Shown here: piece by piece, positions 31,585 through 41,130 of the stretch
Position numbering within the stretch: position 1 is the stretch's first letter
Layout: each line of letters begins with the position of its first letter
Virus record (IMG/VR): IMGVR_UViG_3300031963_000020
Span: 32,001 to 96,000 of that record
DNA from: a virus
Strand: one strand, 5' to 3'
Length of the DNA: 64,000 nt
Program-made: the position numbers and the translations under genes
Notes under the pieces: generated by a model
The model's database searches: none
What the model saw: only the letters and a program-made list of their open reading frames with translations
Told to the model about the DNA's origin: nothing

Positions 31585-32211
31585 ATGTCAAGAATAACAA
31601 ATAATATTACTACATTCGTTGTAAATCTTTGTATTTTTTTCGGTTTAGCACTAGCTATATTTTTCTTCGTCAGTAATTCAAAGCAAGACGAAGTGGACAA
31701 GTATATTGCGGAATACAAAGTATTTCAAGCTAAGGCAGATTCAGTCACCGAGTTAGCCGATAGTTTAAAAGCAGAAATTGTAGTTGCTGATAACGAGTCA
31801 CGAGCAGCAGAAAGTCGAGCAAAGGTATTGAGTCGTCAAGTTAATACTTTACGAGATGAAACGTTGAGTATGGAAGAACGTGCAGAAGTAATGAAAGAAA
31901 CACTTTTAGACACTCTTGTTTTAGCTCGTCAATTATTACCACTCAAAGATTCAATTATTGCAAAGCAAAAGGAAACAATTGATGTGCAGGGTGGTCAAGT
32001 AAAAGAATTAGAAAGTGCATTGTCAAGTAAAGACAACGCACTACGTATGGCATTGATACGTGGAGATAGTCTCCAAGCGGTCATCAATCTTATTCCACCA
32101 GCACCAAAGAACCCAAATCGTATGTTTGGTATCAAACTCCCAAGTCGTAAGGCATCATTCGCAGTTGGATTAGCAATGGGTCTTGGAGCAGGAGTTCTCG
32201 TAATCAAGTAG
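31585..32211 (+). CDS. Membrane-anchored coiled-coil protein (spanin-like)
   Basis: Start reassigned to ATG 31585 (TAATATG junction); N-terminal TM helix, ~130-aa coiled coil, PPAP hinge, C-terminal hydrophobic helix. Confidence 0.5.
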   Translation: MSRITNNITTFVVNLCIFFGLALAIFFFVSNSKQDEVDKYIAEYKVFQAKADSVTELADSLKAEIVVADNESRAAESRAKVLSRQVNTLRDETLSMEERAEVMKETLLDTLVLARQLLPLKDSIIAKQKETIDVQGGQVKELESALSSKDNALRMALIRGDSLQAVINLIPPAPKNPNRMFGIKLPSRKASFAVGLAMGLGAGVLVIK

Positions 32212-32218
32212 AGGTATT

Positions 32219-33805
32219 ATGAACGCAACAGCACAGCAGTTACGTGAACGTATTAAAGAAGAATATAAGAAGTGTGCAATACAGCCAGATTACTTCTTAT
32301 CAAAATATTCATACATTCAACACCCGATTCGTGGTCGGGTGTTGTTTGATTTATACAAATATCAAAAAAACGCTTTATATGACTTCGAGAAAAGTGATTA
32401 TAATATCGTTCTCAAAGGCCGTCAGATTGGTATTTCTACATTGGTCGCAGGATACGCTCTGTGGTTAATGTTGTTCCATAAAGATAAGAATATCCTTGTT
32501 ATCGCAACTAAACAAGAAACCGCAAAGAACTTAGTTACCAAAGTTAAGTTCATGCATCAAAACCTCCCAACATGGTTACGTGGTGAAGTAGTCACGGATA
32601 ATAAGCTATCACTCCAATTTTCTAACGGCTCACAGATTAAAGCGGTGGCATCATCACCAGACGCAGGACGTTCTGAAGCATTGTCTCTTCTTATTCTCGA
32701 TGAAGCTGCATTCATCGATGACGCAGATATCATCTGGACGGCAGCATCATCCACATTATCAACGGGTGGTAAAGCAATATTACTTTCTACTCCAAACGGT
32801 GTGGGTAACTTCTTTCACAAGATGTGGCAACAAGCGGAGGTCAAGACCAACGGATTCAATCCTATTCTATTAGATTGGCGAGTTCATCCAGAACGTGACC
32901 AAGCATGGCGTGATAGACAAACGGAACTGATGGGTGAAATGCAAGCGTCACAAGAACACGATGCGTCATTTATCTTCTCTGGTAATACGGTGGTTCCGCC
33001 AGAAATTATTGAGTTTTACAAAGCATCGTTTGTTCAAGAACCAGTTACCAAAGGTGGGTTTGACGGAAACTTATGGGTATGGGAATATGCACAACCTGGT
33101 CGGTCATACATTGTCTGTGCTGACGTTGCTCGTGGAGATGGTGAGGACTATTCGGCATTTCACGTAATAGATGTAGAATCGTCTACCCAAGTAGCAGAAT
33201 ACAGAGGAAAGGTAGAAACTAAGCAGTTTGGTAATATGTTGGTATCTATCGCAACCGAATATAATGACGCACTACTCATCCCAGAAAATAGTAGTATAGG
33301 ATGGAACGCTGTGCAACAAATTATTGATCGTGGATATAAAAATCTCTTTTATATGTCCAAAGATTTACAATATGTTGACGTAGAACATCAAATGACAGGA
33401 CGATATAGAGCAGAGGAACGGCAAATGGTTCCTGGATTCACCACATCACAACGTACTCGTCCGTTAGTTATTGCACGATTAAAAGAATATATGTTAGAAA
33501 ATAGTTTTACTATTAGGTCAGCAAGAATGTGTGCTGAATTAGAAACATTTATTTGGAAGAATGGTAGACCAGAAGCATTATCTGGTTATAATGATGACTT
33601 GACAATGGCATTATGTATTGGTCTGTGGGTTCGTGATACTGCCCTCCGTTTGCGTCAGGAAGGTATAGAACTGACGAAGATGGCGTTAGACAAGGCCAAG
33701 TATAATGTGGTCGGTCACATCTACACAAACAGAGACAGAGCACAAAATCCATACGAGATGCAAGTTGGAACTGGAAAGGAAGATATTAGGTGGTTACTAG
33801 GATAA
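32219..33805 (+). CDS. terL: Terminase large subunit (T4 gp17-like)
   Basis: LYKYQK adenine-binding motif, Walker A KGRQIGIST, Walker B LILDEAAF, LSTPNG, nuclease motifs ADVARG...DYSA and NDDLTMA. Confidence 0.95.
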   Translation: MNATAQQLRERIKEEYKKCAIQPDYFLSKYSYIQHPIRGRVLFDLYKYQKNALYDFEKSDYNIVLKGRQIGISTLVAGYALWLMLFHKDKNILVIATKQETAKNLVTKVKFMHQNLPTWLRGEVVTDNKLSLQFSNGSQIKAVASSPDAGRSEALSLLILDEAAFIDDADIIWTAASSTLSTGGKAILLSTPNGVGNFFHKMWQQAEVKTNGFNPILLDWRVHPERDQAWRDRQTELMGEMQASQEHDASFIFSGNTVVPPEIIEFYKASFVQEPVTKGGFDGNLWVWEYAQPGRSYIVCADVARGDGEDYSAFHVIDVESSTQVAEYRGKVETKQFGNMLVSIATEYNDALLIPENSSIGWNAVQQIIDRGYKNLFYMSKDLQYVDVEHQMTGRYRAEERQMVPGFTTSQRTRPLVIARLKEYMLENSFTIRSARMCAELETFIWKNGRPEALSGYNDDLTMALCIGLWVRDTALRLRQEGIELTKMALDKAKYNVVGHIYTNRDRAQNPYEMQVGTGKEDIRWLLG

Positions 33806-33810
33806 TACAC

Positions 33811-33818
33811 TATTTATA
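33811..33818 (+). promoter_or_regulatory. Putative late promoter TATTTATA
   Basis: 34 nt before ATG 33845, at the head of the small-gene array. Confidence 0.6.
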
Positions 33819-33844
33819 ATGTAGTGTTTTTATTGGATTTATCT

Positions 33845-34003
33845 ATGATTAAATTAGTTGATATTTTGTTGACAGAAAAATGGACAAACAGATACAAAAA
33901 GTCCATAAATTGTAGTAATCCAAAGGGTTTCAGCCAAAAAGCACATTGCGCTGGACGTAGAAAGCGTAAACGTGGTGGGAAAACAACATCAAAACCGGTA
34001 TAA
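33845..34003 (+). CDS. Small basic protein MIKLVDILLTEKWTNRYKKSINCSNPKGFSQKAHCAGRRKRKRGGKTTSKPV (not in the ORF track)
   Basis: 52-aa ORF translated by hand; fills the gap after terL, lies 34 nt after TATTTATA and carries the shared leader. Confidence 0.75.
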   Translation: MIKLVDILLTEKWTNRYKKSINCSNPKGFSQKAHCAGRRKRKRGGKTTSKPV

Positions 34004-34006
34004 GAT

Positions 34007-34267
34007 ATGACCAAAGATGAACTTTTAGAAATTATTCGTGAAGAATTAGAAGCGGAATTGGCAGAACGCACCGTAGCTCGCCGTGAACCACCACGTAAAA
34101 TGGATAAGTCCCAAGTCAAAAAGCGTGATGGTATTGGCAAGAAGTTGTTAAAGAACAAGCGTTCTATCCGTTATTTTAAGGATAAGTTCGGTGATGATTG
34201 GAAATCATACCTTTGGGCAGCATCAACCAACAAGGCAATAGATAGTAAGAAAAGTAAAGGTAAGTAA
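34007..34267 (+). CDS. Small protein with acidic leader and basic body
   Basis: MTKDELLEIIREELEAELAE followed by a K/R-rich domain ending YLWAASTNKA. Confidence 0.7.
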   Translation: MTKDELLEIIREELEAELAERTVARREPPRKMDKSQVKKRDGIGKKLLKNKRSIRYFKDKFGDDWKSYLWAASTNKAIDSKKSKGK

Positions 34268-34268
34268 T

Positions 34269-34754
34269 ATGGAATATAAAGAATATTACACCTACATTTT
34301 TGAGGATTGCGGTTGTCTCCACGAAGCTGATTGTGGTTGTGGAGAACAAGAAGAGGGATATCCTGGATTTGGATATAAAGAAACAGAGAGTGATTTTAAA
34401 GATCCACGATTACAAAAAGCTGAAGAGATTGTAACGTTGTTAGAAAAGAACACACCAACCAGTCCTGAAAAGTGGGCACGAGCAAAAGCAGCCGCACGTG
34501 CCAAGTTCAAAGTATATCCATCAGCATACGCTAACCTTTGGGCAGCAAAGAAGTATAAGAGTATGGGTGGTGGTTGGAGAAAAACTAAGAAAGAATATCA
34601 TATACCACACAAGCGACGTGATCCAATGGGTCAAGAGGACGCAGATGTAAATAATGATGGAAAAGTAAATTTAATAGATAAAATGTTAAAAGCAAAACGT
34701 GATTTGTATAAGAGATATTTGGTGGCACAAAAGAAGGGACAAAAATCCCTCTAA
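34269..34754 (+). CDS. Small modular protein (basic YPSAYAN domain and EF-hand-like loop)
   Basis: KFKVYPSAYANLWAAKKYKSMGGGW; DADVNNDGKVNLID. Confidence 0.7.
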   Translation: MEYKEYYTYIFEDCGCLHEADCGCGEQEEGYPGFGYKETESDFKDPRLQKAEEIVTLLEKNTPTSPEKWARAKAAARAKFKVYPSAYANLWAAKKYKSMGGGWRKTKKEYHIPHKRRDPMGQEDADVNNDGKVNLIDKMLKAKRDLYKRYLVAQKKGQKSL

Positions 34755-34772
34755 ACACTTTGGAGAAGTAAT

Positions 34773-35243
34773 ATGATTAGACTTATGGGATTGGTAGCTG
34801 GTATCAAGGGAATTGGTGATAAGCCAGTTGGAGCTGTAAAAGAAGCTCTTGACGCCGTTGGTAAAGAAGATGGTGATATCGATAATGATGGTGATAAAGA
34901 TTCATCAGACAAGTATTTAAAAGCTCGCCGTGATGCTATCGGTAAGTCAATGGAAAAAAAGGAAGAAATCGGACCTAAAGATGCAGTTGATTCTGGTGAA
35001 TATGATTACGAAGGTGACATGGCAAAGAATCAATTACAAACCATTATTAGAAATGCACAAATGTTGCATGATATGTTGGCAGACGACACCAACTTACCAG
35101 AATGGGTACAAAATAAAATTTCTTTAGCTAAGGAATATACTGAATCTGCTGCACAATATATTAGTAGTGAAAAGGACCAAAATGGTACAGCTGAAGTTCC
35201 TGGAGCAGCAGGTGCAGTTCCAGCACCATCGGGAACAATGTAA
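34773..35243 (+). CDS. Small modular protein (EF-hand-like loop and helical domain)
   Basis: ALDAVGKEDGDIDNDGDKDSSDKYLK; EGDMAKNQL...LPEWVQNKI; SD GGAG. Confidence 0.7.
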   Translation: MIRLMGLVAGIKGIGDKPVGAVKEALDAVGKEDGDIDNDGDKDSSDKYLKARRDAIGKSMEKKEEIGPKDAVDSGEYDYEGDMAKNQLQTIIRNAQMLHDMLADDTNLPEWVQNKISLAKEYTESAAQYISSEKDQNGTAEVPGAAGAVPAPSGTM

Positions 35244-35605
35244 TGGAAACTGTAGCCAAGTTTTTATCCACACTATTCAATAGTCGTGACCAAGCACATA
35301 TCTTTCATCTCCAAACATCATCGTATGCCGTTCACAAAGCATTAAACGATTATTATGATGCAGTTGTAGGGTTGGTTGATAGCTACGCAGAAACTTGCCA
35401 AGGTCGCTATGGAATTATCCGTGGTTATACTCCACAAAAACAATACTTTGAAAACGATGAAGTAATTAAGTATTTTACTGGATTATCAACCTATATTGAT
35501 AGTGTTCGTAAGGGACTACCACAAGATGGTGACCTTAATAATATTGTTGATGAAATCTCAGCGTTGGTGAATTCCACTATCTATAAGTTAAAATATTTAA
35601 AATGA
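35243..35605 (+). CDS. Ferritin/Dps-like four-helix protein
   Basis: AHIFHLQTSSYAVHKALNDYYD...DSYAE resembles the Dps H-x-x-H-W...H...D-x-x-AE ferroxidase pattern; ends IYKLKYL. Confidence 0.6.
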   Translation: METVAKFLSTLFNSRDQAHIFHLQTSSYAVHKALNDYYDAVVGLVDSYAETCQGRYGIIRGYTPQKQYFENDEVIKYFTGLSTYIDSVRKGLPQDGDLNNIVDEISALVNSTIYKLKYLK

Positions 35606-35925
35606 TTCTTTTAACTGACCTTTTAGACGAAGTTGTAACTGAACTTGACGAAAAGTATAAAACCAAAGGTAATCTTGGTAAATGGCTTCGTCAAAAATGG
35701 GTAGATATTTCTCGCAAAGATAAAAAAGGAAAACATCCACCATGCGGTGCTTCGGCTGGTAAGAAAGAGCGAAAGGGTGGTAGTGCAAAATATCCAAAGT
35801 GTCGTCCCGCTCGTTCCGCAGCAGCGATGAGTAAAGGTGAAAAACGTTCGGCTGTAGTTAGAAAGAGAAAAGCAGGAAATCCAGGTGGAAAACCAACAAT
35901 GGTTTCTACCTTTAAAAAGAAATAA
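35602..35925 (+). CDS. Small very basic protein with acidic leader
   Basis: MILLTDLLDEVVTELDE followed by LGKWLRQKWVDI...PPCG...KYPKCRP. Confidence 0.7.
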   Translation: MILLTDLLDEVVTELDEKYKTKGNLGKWLRQKWVDISRKDKKGKHPPCGASAGKKERKGGSAKYPKCRPARSAAAMSKGEKRSAVVRKRKAGNPGGKPTMVSTFKKK

Positions 35926-35947
35926 ACTCTTGACTTTGAGAGAGAAA

Positions 35948-36517
35948 ATGATTAGATTAACTGATATTCTTTGCGAAGGTTGTTGGGAAGGATATAAGCA
36001 AGTTGGTATGAAGGAAAAGAACGGTAAGATGGTTCCCAACTGCGTTCCAGTAGAAGAACTTTATCATCGTCCAGAAAGTGATGTTACATCGGATAGTGAT
36101 TTCAAGCCAGACCAAGATAATGAACGTGACCAATTCGGCTCGGAAACACACGTTTCAGGTCACGAAGATGAAATAAACGATGGTGAATACTGCACAGAAT
36201 GTCTTATTGAAGTTCTTGAAGGATTACACGAAAATCAACTCGGTGAAGCAGAATATCGTGGTCGTAAGGTTGCTCTCGGTAAGATTATGAGAGGTGATGT
36301 TAAGAAGTTTAAGGTGTTCGTCAAAGACCCAAAGAGTGGAAATATTAAGAAGGTTAATTTTGGTCATGGTGGAACTTCGGCAAAACGTCGAGGTGAAAAG
36401 ACAATGAAGATTAAAAAAAATATCCCTTCTCGTCGTAAGTCGTTCCGTGCAAGACACAATTGTGATAATCCAGGTCCAAGAACAAAAGCTCGTTACTGGG
36501 CATGTCGTACCTGGTAA
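35948..36517 (+). CDS. Small modular protein (CWEGY...PNCVP module and basic C-terminal domain)
   Basis: Start reassigned to ATG 35948 (MIRLTDILCE); C-terminal KKVNFG...RRKSFRARHNC...ARYWACRTW. Confidence 0.7.
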   Translation: MIRLTDILCEGCWEGYKQVGMKEKNGKMVPNCVPVEELYHRPESDVTSDSDFKPDQDNERDQFGSETHVSGHEDEINDGEYCTECLIEVLEGLHENQLGEAEYRGRKVALGKIMRGDVKKFKVFVKDPKSGNIKKVNFGHGGTSAKRRGEKTMKIKKNIPSRRKSFRARHNCDNPGPRTKARYWACRTW

Positions 36518-36518
36518 T

Positions 36519-36839
36519 ATGAAAAAGAAAATCTCACGGGAACAATCCGACAAGATATTAGATAAAATGGGTTATAAGTTTAATCCAACAGAATTCTTTT
36601 TAGGGATGAATGTTGAGTTGGAACACCAAGATGTGACCAACGGAAACGTGGTCAAGACTGCAAAAATCGCAGCAGCACACTTGAAAGAAAACCCGAAGTA
36701 TTATTCATTATTAATGAAGTACGTAGAAAAGAAGCATGAACAACTAGTTGGACCTGGTGGGGCAATCAACGCAGCACCAAAACCACAAGATGTTAAAAAA
36801 ATGCGAACAGCATTGGATAGGGAGAAAAAGCATGATTAA
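36519..36839 (+). CDS. Small protein with GMNVELEH...IAAAHLKE...YY motif
   Basis: Start reassigned to ATG 36519 (TAATATG junction); E-x-E-H and H-x-x-E could bind metal. Confidence 0.65.
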   Translation: MKKKISREQSDKILDKMGYKFNPTEFFLGMNVELEHQDVTNGNVVKTAKIAAAHLKENPKYYSLLMKYVEKKHEQLVGPGGAINAAPKPQDVKKMRTALDREKKHD

Positions 36840-37182
36840 GCTCACAGATTTAATCACAGAAGCAGGTAAGGAAAACCGCATCAACTCAATGCGTTTGGTC
36901 GCATTACTTGAAAAGTTAACTCCAACCCTTAAAGAAGCTCAAGAAGAAAAGTTGGCAAAACTAACCGCAGAATTACTTGCAGGAATCACCAAGGTCAATG
37001 AAATACCATACAACTACAACACAATGTCAGAATGGCATATGACCGAATTGGCAACCGTAGTAATGCCAGCTCGTGATTTACGTGAAGCATTAAATAGTCT
37101 ATTGAAGAAACCAGCTAAGGGATTAGATACACACATCGTTGAAATGGTTATCAAGTCAATAGACGAATTGTATATCTACTAA
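36832..37182 (+). CDS. Small helical protein (MIKLTDLITE leader)
   Basis: Start reassigned to ATG 36832, preceded by SD GGGAGA. Confidence 0.7.
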   Translation: MIKLTDLITEAGKENRINSMRLVALLEKLTPTLKEAQEEKLAKLTAELLAGITKVNEIPYNYNTMSEWHMTELATVVMPARDLREALNSLLKKPAKGLDTHIVEMVIKSIDELYIY

Positions 37183-37196
37183 CAAGTTGAGGGGTT

Positions 37197-39089
37197 ATGG
37201 CTGATAACAGCATATTTGGCAGACTAAAGAAATTATTTTCTACTAATACGGTAGTTCGTAATGTTGGTGGAAAAAGACTTAAAGTAGCCGACACAGATAA
37301 CATTCAATCGTTTATCAATAGACGCGGTATTGATAGATACCACCGCGTCTATTCTTCTATGACGGGTGGATATGGTTCTGCCCATGGACGATATGAAGCA
37401 GCGGCTGCGTTCCAAGGTTCCCGCTTGCAATTGTTCCGTGATTATGATATGATGGATAATGACCCCATTATTTCATCGGTGATGGACATCTATGCTGACG
37501 AATCAACCACCAAAGATGAATTTGGTAATCTCCTTACCATTCATTCGAAGAATACACAAATACAAGAAATCTTACATAACTTATTCTATGATGTATTGAA
37601 TGTGGAATTCAATATGTGGCCTTGGATTCGTAATATGGTCAAGTATGGTGATTTCTTTTTATTCCTAGACATAGACCCAGAATTTGGAATTGTAAATGTA
37701 TTACCCCTTTCTGTCTATGAAACTATTCGTATCGAAGGTCAAGACCCAGGTAATCCATTCTCAGTCAAGTTCAAGATTGAAAACGATTTCTTATCGTTAG
37801 GTAAGACTGAATTCGATAATTACGAAATAGCTCACTTCCGTCTCCTTTCGGACACCAACTTCCTTCCATATGGTAAGGCAATGGTTGAAGGTGGTCGTCG
37901 TGTGTGGAAACAACTTCAATTGATGGAAGATGCGATGTTAATTCATCGTATTATGAGAGCGGCAGATAAGCGTAAGATTTTAATTGATATCGGTAATATC
38001 CCACCAGCAGAAATCGATACGTTTATGAATCGTATTATGGATAGAATGAAGAAAACACCATTGGTAGATCCTGCAACTGGTGATTATAATCTTCGTTATA
38101 ATATGCAAAATATCACAGAAGATTTTTATCTTCCTGTTCGCGGTAAAGATTCTGGAACAGACATCCAAAACCTTCCAGGTCTACAATTTAATGCTATCGA
38201 AGATATTGAATACCTCCGTAATAAGTTAATGGCAGCATTCAAGGTACCAAAAGCATTCTTAGGATACGAAGAAGATTTAAGTGGTAAGGCAACATTGGCG
38301 GCACAAGATGTACGTTTCGCACGTACTATAGAACGTATCCAACGTATTATGGTGTCAGAACTCACCAAGATTGCAATTATCCACTTATACGTTCAAGGAT
38401 TTACTGATGAAGATTTGATAGACTTTGAATTATCGTTGACCAACCCATCAATTGTCTATGAACAAGAAAAGTTAAACTTATGGAAGGAAAAGATTGGGGT
38501 TGCAGAATCTATTATGAACAGTAAGATGTTATCACAAGAATGGATATACCATAATATTCTTGAATTATCTGATGATGAAATCGTGGAAGAACGTACTAAG
38601 ATTGCAGAAGATGTAAAACGTATGGCACAGTTAGAACAATCAGCACAACCACAACAACCAGGTGCTACAGGTGAACAACCAGCAACAGATGAAGCACCAC
38701 CAACCGAAGAAGAGGAACAACAAGTTTCTGATGTTGATAGTATTTTGGCCTCATTAGAAGATGGTGGTGAGGAAAGTGAGTTGGAAGGATACGGTGATGA
38801 AGAAGCTGAATTAGAAGAAGCTAAGATGGGCCGTCCAAAAACAGGAATGAAATTTGGTCAAGACAGTCACCCACGTGGTCGTGACCCACTCGGACACAAA
38901 GAAAATATGGGTTCGTTGACGGTCAGTAAACAACGAAATGATAAAAGAAAGTCTCCGTTGGCACTTACTAAAGAAGTTCAGGCATTAGTTGCAAACTTAA
39001 AAAAGCCAAGTAAGAAAGTCTTAATGGAAAACCAAGAACCAACTGGTTCTTTATTAGACGAAAGTAATATTTTGGACCTAGAAAACTAA
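37197..39089 (+). CDS. Portal protein (T4 gp20-like) with acidic/basic C-terminal extension
   Basis: QLQLMEDAMLIHRIMRA...IDIGNIP, EDFYLPVRG...GTDIQNLPG, IEDIEYLRNKL...KVPK motifs. Confidence 0.93.
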   Translation: MADNSIFGRLKKLFSTNTVVRNVGGKRLKVADTDNIQSFINRRGIDRYHRVYSSMTGGYGSAHGRYEAAAAFQGSRLQLFRDYDMMDNDPIISSVMDIYADESTTKDEFGNLLTIHSKNTQIQEILHNLFYDVLNVEFNMWPWIRNMVKYGDFFLFLDIDPEFGIVNVLPLSVYETIRIEGQDPGNPFSVKFKIENDFLSLGKTEFDNYEIAHFRLLSDTNFLPYGKAMVEGGRRVWKQLQLMEDAMLIHRIMRAADKRKILIDIGNIPPAEIDTFMNRIMDRMKKTPLVDPATGDYNLRYNMQNITEDFYLPVRGKDSGTDIQNLPGLQFNAIEDIEYLRNKLMAAFKVPKAFLGYEEDLSGKATLAAQDVRFARTIERIQRIMVSELTKIAIIHLYVQGFTDEDLIDFELSLTNPSIVYEQEKLNLWKEKIGVAESIMNSKMLSQEWIYHNILELSDDEIVEERTKIAEDVKRMAQLEQSAQPQQPGATGEQPATDEAPPTEEEEQQVSDVDSILASLEDGGEESELEGYGDEEAELEEAKMGRPKTGMKFGQDSHPRGRDPLGHKENMGSLTVSKQRNDKRKSPLALTKEVQALVANLKKPSKKVLMENQEPTGSLLDESNILDLEN

Positions 39090-39146
39090 AGTCTTATTAA
39101 TATTCGTTATATTTAATATATGACGGTATACTGTCACTAAAATGGG

Positions 39147-40031
39147 ATGTTTATGAAAGCAAACGTCAAGCATAACAAAATTCGGAATACGGGCATACTA
39201 TTTGAACTATTAGTCCGTAAAATAACCTCAGACGCATTGGAAAACCGTAGTAATGATACTGCGGTCAAACTAATGAAAGAGTATTTCAATTCTAAGACAG
39301 AACTTGGTAAAGAATTGATACTTTATCGTTCCTTCTTCAATGCACAACAACTCAGTGAAACTAAGGCATTTGAACTTATCAACGTATTGATATCACAACG
39401 TAAAAAGTTAAATGAAGTGGCATTAAACACACAAAAATACAAGTTAATTCGTGAAATTAAAAACAACTACGATTTAAAAGAATTTTTAAATGCCCGTATT
39501 CCGTCTTACAAAGTTTATGCTTCTGTATATAAGGTATTTGATGGTGCAGTAAACGAAATCCAAGACTTCAATGAAATTCAAGGTATGGTTGAAGCTAAGT
39601 TTACTATTGTTGAACATTTAAGTGGTAAGATTGTCAACAAGGAAATTAAGAAGGAAACTGCATTATTTGAAACCGTAAAGAACCAAGAAGAAGATTTACG
39701 TTTATTAACCTACAAGATTTTGATGGAAAAGTTCAATCAAAAGTATGTAGACCTTAGTGATAAGCAAAAAAACCTTCTCCGTGAATATATCTATAACGTA
39801 TCCAATTCAGCAGCTCTTCGAGCATATGCCGTAGATTTGGCAAAAGAATTGATTGCCGAAATAACAAAGAAGATAGCTAAAATTGATAATAAAGTGACTA
39901 CCATCAAGTTGTCAGAAGTTGTTTCACAATTGGAAAAGTTAAAGACAGTTCAAATGGTCAAGGAAAATCACATGACCGCGTTATTAATTGCCTTGGAAAT
40001 TACCAAGACACTAGACACTTTAAAGAGTTAA
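39147..40031 (+). CDS. Helical head-module protein of unknown function (start may be 39153)
   Basis: 294-aa ORF between portal and protease; KHNKIRNTGILFELL. Confidence 0.65.
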   Translation: MFMKANVKHNKIRNTGILFELLVRKITSDALENRSNDTAVKLMKEYFNSKTELGKELILYRSFFNAQQLSETKAFELINVLISQRKKLNEVALNTQKYKLIREIKNNYDLKEFLNARIPSYKVYASVYKVFDGAVNEIQDFNEIQGMVEAKFTIVEHLSGKIVNKEIKKETALFETVKNQEEDLRLLTYKILMEKFNQKYVDLSDKQKNLLREYIYNVSNSAALRAYAVDLAKELIAEITKKIAKIDNKVTTIKLSEVVSQLEKLKTVQMVKENHMTALLIALEITKTLDTLKS

Positions 40032-40034
40032 TCT

Positions 40035-40532
40035 ATGGACAAAACACAACAAATTCGTGAACGCGTCCGACAAATTATCAAGAAAAAACTTGATGAAATG
40101 ACAACGACAGCAAATGTTCCTGGATACCTAACTCCATATTCGTTTCGTGGTAATAAAGCAAAGAGTGTAGCACGTTCTAAGCATATTGCCACCGCAACCA
40201 CAGGATTTAAGTTAACTCCAAAGGGTGAAGAAGAAGCAAATCGTCCAGCCGATAAAATGGAAATTGTCACTAAGGAATTAAACGAAAACAAGTATTACGA
40301 ATATAAGAACGACACATCAAAGACACCACACAGAAAGATTGCAGAAGCTATTTCACAACTTAATAGAAATTTACAAGAAGTTGAACGTGTTATTAGAATG
40401 AATAGTCGTTTAAAGACTGAATCAGGTATCGCAAGTGAACAACTATGGAAGCGTACACAACAAGGATTATTGAAGTTGGAATCAAGACTTCTTGGACTTG
40501 CAACACGCATCCGTGAAATCCGTGGGCAATAA
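40035..40532 (+). CDS. Hypothetical head-associated protein
   Basis: IRERVRQIIKKKLDE leader, then MTTTANVPGYLTPYSF and a C-terminal coiled coil. Confidence 0.65.
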   Translation: MDKTQQIRERVRQIIKKKLDEMTTTANVPGYLTPYSFRGNKAKSVARSKHIATATTGFKLTPKGEEEANRPADKMEIVTKELNENKYYEYKNDTSKTPHRKIAEAISQLNRNLQEVERVIRMNSRLKTESGIASEQLWKRTQQGLLKLESRLLGLATRIREIRGQ

Positions 40533-40533
40533 T

Positions 40534-41121
40534 ATGCAAACATTACTCGTAGAATATAATGTCATTTCTTATGACACTACTTTATTAAAAGAAGCAGCAG
40601 ACATCAGTAAACCTTTGATGTTAAAAGATGTTTTACTTCAACGTGCAGAAATGAAGAACCAGAATGGTCGTGTATATCCAAAGGAAATCTTATCACGTGA
40701 AGCAATGGTATACAAGAATAACTTCGTATCACAACGCCGTGCACTTGGTGAACTCGACCATCCAGAAAGTCCTGTCGTCAACTTAAAAAACGTCTGTTGC
40801 AACGTCACCGAACTCTGGTTCGAAGGTGATGATGTCAAGGGCAATATCGAAATTTTATCTACCCCATCAGGCAATATCGTTCGTGAACTCATCAAGAACA
40901 ATATCCGATTGGGTGTTTCATCCCGTGGTATGGGTTCTGTCAAACCAATCGGTGAGAATACTGTAGAAGTTGGTGATGACTTCTCACTTATCTGCTTTGA
41001 TATTGTCAGTAATCCAAGTACTCACGGGGCATTTATCAACGAAAACAAGGGTGGTCAAATTATCACCCCCTATAGTCGTATTGATACATTGATATATGAC
41101 TTTTTAGGTGAACTAAAGTAA
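40534..41121 (+). CDS. Prohead maturation protease (T4 gp21-like)
   Basis: Start reassigned to 40534; NQNGRVYP, ALGELDHP, GVSSRGMGS, FDIVSNPSTHGA. Confidence 0.92.
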   Translation: MQTLLVEYNVISYDTTLLKEAADISKPLMLKDVLLQRAEMKNQNGRVYPKEILSREAMVYKNNFVSQRRALGELDHPESPVVNLKNVCCNVTELWFEGDDVKGNIEILSTPSGNIVRELIKNNIRLGVSSRGMGSVKPIGENTVEVGDDFSLICFDIVSNPSTHGAFINENKGGQIITPYSRIDTLIYDFLGELK

Positions 41122-41130
41122 GGAGTTTTT

